Assembly (NCBI GenBank): GCA_963677485.1
Contig: OY781964.1
Location: 3,072,001-3,136,000 of the forward strand
Length of the DNA stretch: 64,000 nucleotides
Source of the DNA: Armatimonadota bacterium
GTDB taxonomy: Bacteria; Armatimonadota; HRBIN16
Reading direction: 5' to 3'
Within the stretch, counting starts at the first letter, position 1; the number at the start of each line of letters is the position of its first letter. Positions 14,773-23,726 of the stretch are shown one piece after another. A program made the translations under genes and the position numbers. Below the pieces are notes generated by a model, which saw only the letters and a program-made list of their open reading frames with translations, was not told the DNA's origin and did not search any database.

Positions 14773-16950
14773 TTACTTCTTACCTATGTGGTAACTCTTT
14801 CTACCGGCCTGCATGGTGCCGAGTTTAACGATCGATCCTTCGTCGCCTGAAAACACCAGATCGGTGCCATCTATAGTGTAACCCATTGGTAGGTATACAT
14901 ACACTTTCGTGCTTGAACACTGTGTCCGCTTGTCGTTGGCGGTGATGATAAAGCTGGATCCACTTTGGCTGCTGCTGAACACTTCGGCACCGCAGAACAC
15001 GCTGGTATCTGCCCCGACTATCGCCGGTTTTTTTGAAACTGGCGTGATGCGGTAGACCTGCGCGGTGTGTTTGGCCATGTTGAGCGTCAGCTTGTCAGCG
15101 ATGAAGCCTTCCAGCCTGGATTCCCAGCCGTTGAACAAAACACACGGACCCTTCAAGCCAAGATCAGTGAGCTCTATTGTTTTGACTGTCTCTGTGTCAC
15201 TCCAGTTATAGACCGCCAGCAGTTTGGAGCCATCCTCCAGGTCGATGACCAGTGTAGAGGGCTGACCCGCTTCAAAGAAGTCCAGGGGACGACCCGCCTT
15301 ACCCAGCACCGGCAGGATGTGGTGGTAGAGCTGCTTACGGTCGTTGCCGATTTTGTCGATAAACTCGTTGATCAGCGAAGCTCCGCCGCTGAACGCCACG
15401 GAAGTAGCCCACACGCGTGCCTCCTCGTAAGGGATCACCGCGCTGTCGCCGATATCGTAGTCGCGCACCACCAGACCATCAGGGTCGTTGATAAACAGCC
15501 TGTCGTGGTAGAAATACCGCAGCGCGATGTTGTTGGAGCACCACTTGATCAGGTTCCACTGGTTCTTGCTCTCTGTGCCCCATTGGGTGATGTCCTCTGT
15601 CACACGGATGCCGTCCAGGATGCCGATGCTTTCCGGGATGGGGGCACCGCAGGCAAGCAGGTAGACATCCTTACCCACCGCGTCACGGATGGTCTTCAAT
15701 GCCCGCCGGTAGATCGCCACGATGTAGTCATCGGGATAGATCACCAACTGCTCGTTGCTGTATGCTGAACGCAACCCCATCAGCAGGAAGTCCAGCTTGA
15801 AGTAGCTGGCACCATACTCTTTGGTGGCGCGCTCGAAGATAGTTTTCAAATACTCCAGTGTCTCAGGCTTGTTGATGGCCATCGGGTAACAGTAATCTTC
15901 TTTGTTGGAGTATGTCAGGGTATACTCCGCTGCCGCATCATTGGTCTTCACATACTTGTATTGGGGGTAGTCGGTGAAGAAACCCGAGGATGTGCTGGTA
16001 ATGAACGGCGCGAACCAGAGCCCGAAATCAACGTCGTGGCTCTTAACCTCAGAAGCCACTTCGTTCAAGCCGTCTATACGGGGCGTCCAATAACCGCCAA
16101 AGGATTGTCCGCGCTGCCAGCCGTCGTCCAGTTGCAGCGTGTTGGGTTTCGTCTGCCCGTATTCTGACATCAAGTTGTGCAGCGCCGCTTTGGCAACATC
16201 CTTCGATAGATTGCCGTAGGCGCATGACCATGAGCACCAGCCTGTAGGAATCTTGTCCGTCACCTTGACTCGGTAGCGTTTGGCCATGATGTCGGTGTAG
16301 GTGCGGAACAACTCGTCCACTTGTTTGGGAGCCGAAATGATAAACTTCTCCAGCCGATAGCTTTGCCCCTTGATGAGCGGCTTGTCTTCCATCGCAAATC
16401 GCACTTTTACACCATTCGGTGTGTAGCGAAGGTAAGCCCAGAAACGGTCTACCGTGGTCAGGGCCACCCCCAGCAGCTTGCCAGTTTTAGCGCTGTGCCA
16501 TGCCCCCACATCTTTCGACATCTGCCCGTTGCTGTCGGCCATCGAACGAACCGTCACCCGGGAGTTTGTGGTGTCGCTGTTCGCGAACACCCGCACGTCG
16601 GAGGCCGTCAGATCGGGGGTGAACAACAGCTCACAATCGACGAACTTCAGGCTCTTCTCAGTGATGGGTTTCAGGCTGAGGGTGTACTCGTTCGTCTGGC
16701 CGTTGACCGACTTTACGGCAACGGTCACCGCCGTCACGCCGTCACTCAGTTTGCCAGGGCTGTGCAGCTGCACCGGCAGCGTGTTGATGGTGCCATCGGT
16801 ATAAGTCATGACGATATTAGCAGTTTGAATATTGAGCTTCGCAAGCTCAGCCAGCGGAGCCGCTCCGCTAGCCGCTGAAGAGGCCAGAAGGGATGTCATA
16901 GAAAACAGCATGAGGTACGCCTCGGTGAATTTAAGAAGTTGGTTTTTCAT
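14773..16950 (-). CDS. Alpha-galactosidase-like glycoside hydrolase (GH36-like), secreted
   Basis: GWCSW, QLDDGW, YFKLDF, ACGAP, NDPD motifs; start MKNQ at 16950 inferred. Confidence 0.85.
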   Translation of the reverse strand: MKNQLLKFTEAYLMLFSMTSLLASSAASGAAPLAELAKLNIQTANIVMTYTDGTINTLPVQLHSPGKLSDGVTAVTVAVKSVNGQTNEYTLSLKPITEKSLKFVDCELLFTPDLTASDVRVFANSDTTNSRVTVRSMADSNGQMSKDVGAWHSAKTGKLLGVALTTVDRFWAYLRYTPNGVKVRFAMEDKPLIKGQSYRLEKFIISAPKQVDELFRTYTDIMAKRYRVKVTDKIPTGWCSWSCAYGNLSKDVAKAALHNLMSEYGQTKPNTLQLDDGWQRGQSFGGYWTPRIDGLNEVASEVKSHDVDFGLWFAPFITSTSSGFFTDYPQYKYVKTNDAAAEYTLTYSNKEDYCYPMAINKPETLEYLKTIFERATKEYGASYFKLDFLLMGLRSAYSNEQLVIYPDDYIVAIYRRALKTIRDAVGKDVYLLACGAPIPESIGILDGIRVTEDITQWGTESKNQWNLIKWCSNNIALRYFYHDRLFINDPDGLVVRDYDIGDSAVIPYEEARVWATSVAFSGGASLINEFIDKIGNDRKQLYHHILPVLGKAGRPLDFFEAGQPSTLVIDLEDGSKLLAVYNWSDTETVKTIELTDLGLKGPCVLFNGWESRLEGFIADKLTLNMAKHTAQVYRITPVSKKPAIVGADTSVFCGAEVFSSSQSGSSFIITANDKRTQCSSTKVYVYLPMGYTIDGTDLVFSGDEGSIVKLGTMQAGRKSYHIGKK

Positions 16951-17079
16951 GATTGCTCTCATATATGATAGCTTGTATACCAGTGCGTTGCCACGTGATG
17001 CTGTGCGATGACATTCCTTCACGTGGGTGGTGGAATGCATGTTTTAGGTGGTGCGGTCTGGTTCCACATGCGAACTCAC

Positions 17080-17739
17080 TCAGCCTCGGTTCAACGCATC
17101 CGCAGCCACCGCAAGGCAGTTGGTGGTGATGGAATCCACCCCCATACTGACCAGGGCTATCATGTCGTCGCGGTGATCTACGGTCCAGACATAGAGCTTC
17201 AGCCCGGTTTGCTTCGCGGTGTCGACCAATGTGGGGGTGAGGAGACGGTAGTTGATGTTCAGTCCAAAGGCACCTGTCGCCACTATCTGTTCGCAGAGTT
17301 CGGCACAGGGGTCGCTGAAACCCAGATCGGGCAACGAGGTCTCCGCTGACACTATGTTGACCATATACCGCATACCCGCGATGTGCGGGCTCAGTGTCCC
17401 AATGTCCGCGAAACTCAAGCCTGTGAGGAAGCTCCTGTCAAGCAGGTAGCGAAGTAGCAGCTCATCTTTCAAGCCGACCACCGCCTCACGCTGCTTTACA
17501 TCGATGTTCAACATATAGCTATGCTGCGCCATATGCTCCAGCACGCGCTCAAACGGCACTGCATCTGAACCTGGCGGATGGTCGTGGGAGATCACCCGCC
17601 GGGCGTTCGCATCAAGACTGAGGTCAACCTCAATGATGTCTGGGTGGTACGCCACCGCGGTACGGAGGTATTCAAGCGTATTCGGCTTGGTCCCCTCCGC
17701 ACCGGAGTGCGCGGTCAACAATACCTTCTGCGGTCTCAT
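17080..17739 (-). CDS. Glycerophosphodiester phosphodiesterase family protein
   Basis: AHSG..PNT, EVD, SHD, VWTVD..GVDSITTN. Confidence 0.88.
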   Translation of the reverse strand: MRPQKVLLTAHSGAEGTKPNTLEYLRTAVAYHPDIIEVDLSLDANARRVISHDHPPGSDAVPFERVLEHMAQHSYMLNIDVKQREAVVGLKDELLLRYLLDRSFLTGLSFADIGTLSPHIAGMRYMVNIVSAETSLPDLGFSDPCAELCEQIVATGAFGLNINYRLLTPTLVDTAKQTGLKLYVWTVDHRDDMIALVSMGVDSITTNCLAVAADALNRG

Positions 17740-17764
17740 ATCACCCAGCTCTCGCGAGTTTTCG

Positions 17765-19000
17765 CTACAGGTGTGCGAAAGCCCCTTCGAGGTCCGCGAT
17801 CAGATCCTCAGGGTCTTCTAGCCCCACGGAGAAGCGGAAGACGCCATCGCCTGCATAACTGCGCCAGGAGGCAAGCTGCTCTGTGTCCAGTTTGAAGGTG
17901 GTCTGCAGCAAATCGTCTGTGCCGAGGTAGAAGATCAGCGACCGGTGGTGGCCCAACGAGACCGCATAGTGAATCACGTGCAGGTTGTCAGCAAGCACAT
18001 GAGCCGCGGCGGCTCCATTTTCCAACTGGAAGGTGATCATACCGGAGAAGTTTTTCATCTGCCGGCAGGCCAGTTCATACTGGGGGTGTGAGGGCAAGCC
18101 TGGGTACATCACGCGCTTCACGTGCGGGTTGCTCTCCAGCCACTTGGCAATCTTGAGCGCGCTCTCCTCGTGCGCCCTCATGCGCAGCGGGAAGGTCGCC
18201 AGACCGCGCATGATCAGCCATGCGTTGAATGGGCTCAGTATACCGCCCAGGCGGAGCGCTGTCGACCGGCGGATGCAATTCACCAGCTTCTTCGAACCCA
18301 GGATCGTGCCACCCAATGCGTCGCCATGCCCACCTAGATACTTGGTGAGGGAGTGGACCACAAAGTCAGCACCAAGCTCAAGCGGTTTTGTGGCAGCAGG
18401 GGTCGCGAAGGTCGAATCGACGGACAGCAGTGCGCCGCCCGCATGGGCTACTTCGGCTACCGCGGCGATGTCGGTCAGACGCATGATGGGGTTACATGGC
18501 GTTTCGATGTGTACCAGCCGGGTGTTTGGTTTCATCGCCTTGCGCACATTCTCAGGGTCAGACGTGTTGACGCGCGTCACAGTGATACCAAGCGCCGGTA
18601 ATACTTCGTTCGCACTTTCCGAAACAGCAGCATAAGCGACATCGCTGATCACCGCATGGTCACCGGATTTGAGGGTGTGAAGCAGTAGCCCGAACATAGC
18701 GGCCATCCCACTGCCAAACGCCACGGCGGTCTCAGCGCCTTCCATGGCCGCCAGCTTCTGCTCAAGTTGGCTGACGGTGGGGTTTCCCCAGCGTGTATAG
18801 GCATAACCAGGGTCATCGCCCATCGCTTCAGCCGAGAAAGCGGCGCAGGCATCGACCACAAAAGTGGTGGACATCACCAGATTCGGTGCCGAGGCGTGGG
18901 TGATGGGGTCAGGTGCTTCCCCAGCGTGGATAGCGATGGTCCGGTCACCGTAAGGCTGCGTGTTGGTTTCGCCTTTTTTTGCAGGATCAGGGGTGTTCAT
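17765..19000 (-). CDS. Cystathionine gamma-synthase / methionine gamma-lyase family PLP enzyme
   Basis: YTRWGNPT, ETPCNP, VDSTFATP, SLTKYLGGHGD, RFSVGLE; ATG at 19000 after AAAGGAG. Confidence 0.92.
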   Translation of the reverse strand: MNTPDPAKKGETNTQPYGDRTIAIHAGEAPDPITHASAPNLVMSTTFVVDACAAFSAEAMGDDPGYAYTRWGNPTVSQLEQKLAAMEGAETAVAFGSGMAAMFGLLLHTLKSGDHAVISDVAYAAVSESANEVLPALGITVTRVNTSDPENVRKAMKPNTRLVHIETPCNPIMRLTDIAAVAEVAHAGGALLSVDSTFATPAATKPLELGADFVVHSLTKYLGGHGDALGGTILGSKKLVNCIRRSTALRLGGILSPFNAWLIMRGLATFPLRMRAHEESALKIAKWLESNPHVKRVMYPGLPSHPQYELACRQMKNFSGMITFQLENGAAAAHVLADNLHVIHYAVSLGHHRSLIFYLGTDDLLQTTFKLDTEQLASWRSYAGDGVFRFSVGLEDPEDLIADLEGAFAHL

Positions 19001-19110
19001 ATGTTCGTCTCCTTTCACGAAAGGTATCCGAGATAAACCGTTGATGCACCCCAGCTTACCAGGATGCTATGAGTTCATTATACAGGCCATGATGTGCTGT
19101 CGTTTCATCA

Positions 19111-19710
19111 TCAACCACGCGAGCCATATTCTGGCAGAAGCGGGATCCCCAGCGCCTCCAGCTCGCGGCACAACAGAGCGGTGGGGAGGCCTACCACATT
19201 GTTGTAACAGCCACAGACTCGATCCACCAACACCGCGCCGTATCCTTGAATGGCATAGGCTCCAGCCTTATCCATCGGCTCACCGGTCGCCACATAACGC
19301 TGGAGCAACCCATCATCGACCTGTCGGAAGAAGACATCGGTCGATTCTGACTTCACTACCATCACACCTTGACTGCGGCATATCAGAGCGATGCCGGTAT
19401 GAACCTGATGGCACTGGCCGTTGAGCAACTGGAGCATCTGCAGTGCGTGTGCCGCGTCATCGGGCTTGCCCAGCACGTGCTGCTGATAGGCGACCAGCGT
19501 GTCGGAACCCAGCACCAGCGAATCCGGATATTGGGCTGCGATGACCTCCGCTTTCCGCCTGGCCAGCTCCCGCACCATCTCGGCGGGGCTTAAGGTATCA
19601 TCGATGGTCTCATCTACATCAGCCGGGAGAACGCGGAACTGCACTCCCAGTTGTGATAGCAGCTCAGTCCGGCGTGGCGAAGCGGAGGCGAGGATTATTT
19701 CGGTTGGCAT
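19111..19710 (-). CDS. maf: Maf family nucleoside triphosphate pyrophosphatase
   Basis: ILASASPRR, GSDT, LGKP, DKAGAY, NVVGLP. Confidence 0.93.
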   Translation of the reverse strand: MPTEIILASASPRRTELLSQLGVQFRVLPADVDETIDDTLSPAEMVRELARRKAEVIAAQYPDSLVLGSDTLVAYQQHVLGKPDDAAHALQMLQLLNGQCHQVHTGIALICRSQGVMVVKSESTDVFFRQVDDGLLQRYVATGEPMDKAGAYAIQGYGAVLVDRVCGCYNNVVGLPTALLCRELEALGIPLLPEYGSRG

Positions 19711-19754
19711 ATATATTCCTGTATTTTTGTATTGGACGGATCGGGCGGATGGCA

Positions 19755-19805
19755 GGGGGCAAGCACAGGGCAAGCACGGGGGCAAGCACGGGGGCTTGCC
19801 CCTAC
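19755..19805 (-). repeat. Single GTAG REP with internal 12-bp tandem expansion
   Basis: Minus strand gtaggggcaagcccccgtgcttgccc followed by further cc(c/t)gtgcttgcc units. Confidence 0.6.
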
Positions 19806-19810
19806 ACTGC

Positions 19811-21370
19811 CTATTTCATTTGCTCCTGCGTCAGCATCACATCCGGTTGCGGGTTGCCGGTTACCGTGAATCCCCTGATTTTGAAGCTGACCTGCTGGGC
19901 GGTGTCAGAACGTGCCCAGAGCATATCCTCGCGGTAGGGGTCGTTCATCAAGAAGCCGGTGACGTCGATGTTGATATCCCCACCAATGAGAAATGCGCGA
20001 CCACCAGCGTCGGCGGCATTCGCTGCGGCTGGACCAAACCGGGGAGAGTCATTATAGCTGGCCACAAACACGCCGGTCGCCATGAAGGTGGGACGTATGC
20101 CCACATTCGACTTGATGCCGTAAGTCGGCTCTACCACGAAGGCTCCCTGCCGAGCCACCTCACCCGGCTTGCTGGAAGCCACCGTGGGGAACTTCACACC
20201 ATCCTGGACTGCGGTGGATATCCACGCGTTGGAGATGCGGTTGGACAGGTGGGTCGGCCACACGAAATGCACGCCGATCACGCACTGGTCCACCTTCAGC
20301 GCGCTGATGTCACCCCATGCACCATTGCCGAGGTAAGGGGCGTTCTCCCAAACGCCGTAGCCTTTGCCCTCTTCAAGATCGTAATACGAGGTGGTCATCC
20401 GCACGGGGTCGACCAGCGGATACTGCTTGCTCACCCCGATTTGAATACCCGTATGGATGCCAAAGAAGGTGACATCATCCAGCGTGTAGCCATCGGCTTG
20501 CGCCAGTTGGATGCCCACATTGTTAGGGCTCGTGGTGATGATGCCGAAAATCCACGAATAGGTTTTATCGCCCATCTTACCAGGGTTGATGTAGTTCACA
20601 TTCGGCACGCCATGAACATGCATGATGCGGTTCACATCAAAACAACGGCCCATCACAAATCCGCGGCCGTAGCCGTTCAGATAGATGCGGTCGGCGATGC
20701 ACTTGCCGCCCTCCACCTGGAAATAGAAGTCGTTGTAGCGGTCGCAGGCGATGTCTTCGATCACTACATTGGCGCTCGAGGTGTAGAACGTGGGGCCATA
20801 TGGCTTCACGTGGTCTTTGATATAACCACGCTGGGCCGCCTCAAACGAGGGGTAATAGAAATTCGAGTTCTTGTCCTGGAACTCCTCATCACTTGGGAAC
20901 GGCTGCTGGTCATACATAATCACCAGACCCTTCACGGTCACCCCCGCCTGCAGAAGGAACAGCGGCTGTTTCTGCTTGCCTGCATACTGGTCAATCCGTG
21001 GCCGGGCCAAAATCCGGGAACCCACCACCTGCGTTTGGTAACAGACCTGGTTGGTGCTGAAACCGGCCAGACTGCCCACTAGAGAGACCCCAGGCGGGAT
21101 AGTCAGCACATTGGTCAGCACATAGCCCTTGTTGGCACTCACAGGCGGCACACGCACACATCCACCGATGGGAGCCGCGGCGCTCAGTGCCTTGCGGAAT
21201 GCCTCCGTGTCATCGGTGACCCCATCGCCCTTGGCACCGAAAAGACGCACGTTGAACACGCCATCTATCGGCAGAGCGGCTGGCTTGACGACTGCCTTCG
21301 GCGCAGCGAATGCGGTGCTGGCCAGCACCATTGTGAATAAGCCAATCCCGAACCATTTCGTGAGCCCCAT
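19811..21370 (-). CDS. Secreted pectate-lyase-3/GH55-like beta-helix protein
   Basis: Signal peptide; FNVRLFGAKGDGVTDDTEAF motif. Confidence 0.8.
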   Translation of the reverse strand: MGLTKWFGIGLFTMVLASTAFAAPKAVVKPAALPIDGVFNVRLFGAKGDGVTDDTEAFRKALSAAAPIGGCVRVPPVSANKGYVLTNVLTIPPGVSLVGSLAGFSTNQVCYQTQVVGSRILARPRIDQYAGKQKQPLFLLQAGVTVKGLVIMYDQQPFPSDEEFQDKNSNFYYPSFEAAQRGYIKDHVKPYGPTFYTSSANVVIEDIACDRYNDFYFQVEGGKCIADRIYLNGYGRGFVMGRCFDVNRIMHVHGVPNVNYINPGKMGDKTYSWIFGIITTSPNNVGIQLAQADGYTLDDVTFFGIHTGIQIGVSKQYPLVDPVRMTTSYYDLEEGKGYGVWENAPYLGNGAWGDISALKVDQCVIGVHFVWPTHLSNRISNAWISTAVQDGVKFPTVASSKPGEVARQGAFVVEPTYGIKSNVGIRPTFMATGVFVASYNDSPRFGPAAANAADAGGRAFLIGGDINIDVTGFLMNDPYREDMLWARSDTAQQVSFKIRGFTVTGNPQPDVMLTQEQMK

Positions 21371-21467
21371 TATTTGATCTCCTCTATTATTAGCAGCACA
21401 ATGTAATGTCAGACGGATTGGACCGATCCGACGGATCCGTCCAATGAATCACTCCTGAACACGGTAC

Positions 21468-23505
21468 TTACTTCTTCGCAGCTTCGTAGATCGACTTCAT
21501 CTTCCAGGAGGTGACGCGCTTGACTGCAATCTGCCCACCTTGGCTGAACAGGCTGATGCCCACATCCTCCGGTTTGTGCGCTTGCATCACCACGACCGCC
21601 TGACGGTCATTCGCAAAAACCTCCACCATGCCTTTATCGAGGAAGATGCTCAGTTTAGTCACTTCACCCTTCTTGAGCTCAAGCGGCGCGACCGTCTCAC
21701 CGACTACCAGCGTTTTGTCCGCAGGCTTGATCGTGATGGGCAAGCCGTGCCCCTGAGCATCGCAGAATACCTGAACACCGTATTCCGCGGCACTGCCGGG
21801 CTGTATGGTAAGGTTCAGCTCGATGGTGTCTCCGCTGATCTTTTGCAGCATCTGCGTGTTGTTGCTGACCGTGATGTTCTCTTCACGCTTTCCATCGTAG
21901 CGAAGCACCTTAAGCTCGCGAAGCGGTTTGATCCGAAGCACGCCATCCCGAGGCAAACTGAGCTCACGCGGCAGCGACTGCACCCCGGTCTGAGCGGCCG
22001 GTAGAACACACCACGCCCACATCACACGCCGGCCATCAGGCGTGAGCACGCTTTCTGGTGCGAAAAAGTCCAGACCATGCCAGTTCATGCGAGCATGGAA
22101 ATCCGGCACAAACTTCTCGTTCTTCCACTCTCCCAGATAGTATCGGCAGCCTTTGGTGTGGCTGATGCACAGCAGCATGTGCTTGTTGCCGATCTTGAAG
22201 AAGTTGGGGCACGAGACGTCCTCGTGGCTCTCCACATCCGGCATCTCGTGATCAAGAAACAGCCCCAGATACTCCCAGCTCTTCATGTCGGCGGACTTGA
22301 AGAGTGTTGGGGGTTTGCCGCTGCCAGGGGTGCCGCCGGAGAGCGCGTAGTAGCTGCCGTTGTCTACCCAGGCGTCCGGGTCCCAGTTCGCGATCTGGCT
22401 GCCGTCCTGGTCCGGCCGGACGATCGGCTCCAGCGCCACGGGTTTGCTCCATTGCTCCAACTGGTCATCCTGTGCGATGGCGATCTGGTTCCGATTCGAG
22501 CCTTGGCCATGGTAGATGATGGCTGGCTTGCCCTCTTTGGTAAAAAAGCCCGTTCCGCTGAACATACCGTGTCCGGTAAACTCCGGGGTGAGGGTGGTCT
22601 TGTGCCACGTCCAGTGCACCAGATCGGTGCTGGAGACATGCGCAAAGCAGAAGCCGCCCAGTGCGTAGATATAGTGCAGGTGATACTGACCCTTCCAGTA
22701 GAATGCGCAGTTGGGGTCGCCCGGGTTAGCCGCACCAGGACCGGGATGTGCCAGATGGTAGCTCAGCCATGTGGGATCCGGGTTGGCTGGCATTTTGGGT
22801 GTGACGACCTCACTGAAGTCATAGCTGGCAGCGATCATGGCGGCCGTCGGGGTATGGAGTTCCAGGCATCCGCCCCTGATTTTTGCCCCACCGCTCAGGT
22901 TATTCACCGGTAAATGGTTCATGCGGTCGGTTTCTTGCCCCTTTTCGAATGTCCACCAGCCGTAGGGCTCAATCGGTGAGGCTTGGTCAGGTGCCAGGGC
23001 TTTGATCTCATCAGCGGTCAAGGCTTGGCGATATACCCGGGCTTCTTCAATGGAGCCTTGCAGGTGCTGCCCGGTGGAGCTGTTCCAGTGGCGCAATCCA
23101 AACACCGCCATCTTGTCGGGGCTACTCAGAAGGTCGATGTTCTCCGCTTCATATTGGGTTGTGAGCTCACCATTACGATAGATGCGTATTTGACGGCCTT
23201 CATATACCACGGCCATTTGGATCAGCGTGTGATCGTCCGATGTCTCCACAGGGTTTGCCTGCTGATCAGCTTGCGTGCGTGCCCACATGTGGCTGCCGGC
23301 CATCCATTTACCGACGGCTTTTTCGCCAAACACGATCCCATCGAACTGATCACCAACTTGAACGGTCAGTGCACTGCCGCCCAGCTGCGTGATGTTATCA
23401 AGGCGGACCCAGGAGACCAGCGTCTTGCCTATGCCGGCAAAGGCCGGATTGCAGAATGATTAGGAATACCAGTGCGACGATTAACACGACCATCAAATGA
23501 TGCAT
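21468..23505 (-). pseudogene. LamG-like + GH32-like glycoside hydrolase with an apparent frameshift near 23460 (or sequencing error)
   Basis: DPN..YHL.Y, H..S.DL.HW, FSG, FFAP, SLPREL, VEVFAN; main frame open to 23459, signal-peptide start ATG 23505 in another frame. Confidence 0.7.
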
Positions 23506-23608
23506 ATTTGCCCCCGTGTCGCCCTTGTTTGCTGTGAGTTGTGGCGACCTCATTACAGCTATTGTGCCAGAACGGGTTTGTTTATGCTACAACATACGCC
23601 TTACGTTC

Positions 23609-23726
23609 GTAGGGATGGCCCTTGTGGTCATCCGCCAGATTGTTTTGACCAAGACAATATTCCCATCTCGGGGCAACAGGTCGGTGGCCGCCTTGGTTTT
23701 CGGACGGCCACAAGGACCGTCCCTAC
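23609..23726. repeat. GTAG REP doublet (family C)
   Basis: gtagggatggcccttgtggtcatccg (23609-23634) inverted with cggacggccacaaggaccgtccctac (23701-23726). Confidence 0.8.

Noticed and set aside
19499-21082. 527-aa plus-strand ORF
   Set aside because: Antisense shadow of maf and the beta-helix gene; crosses a REP; no motifs
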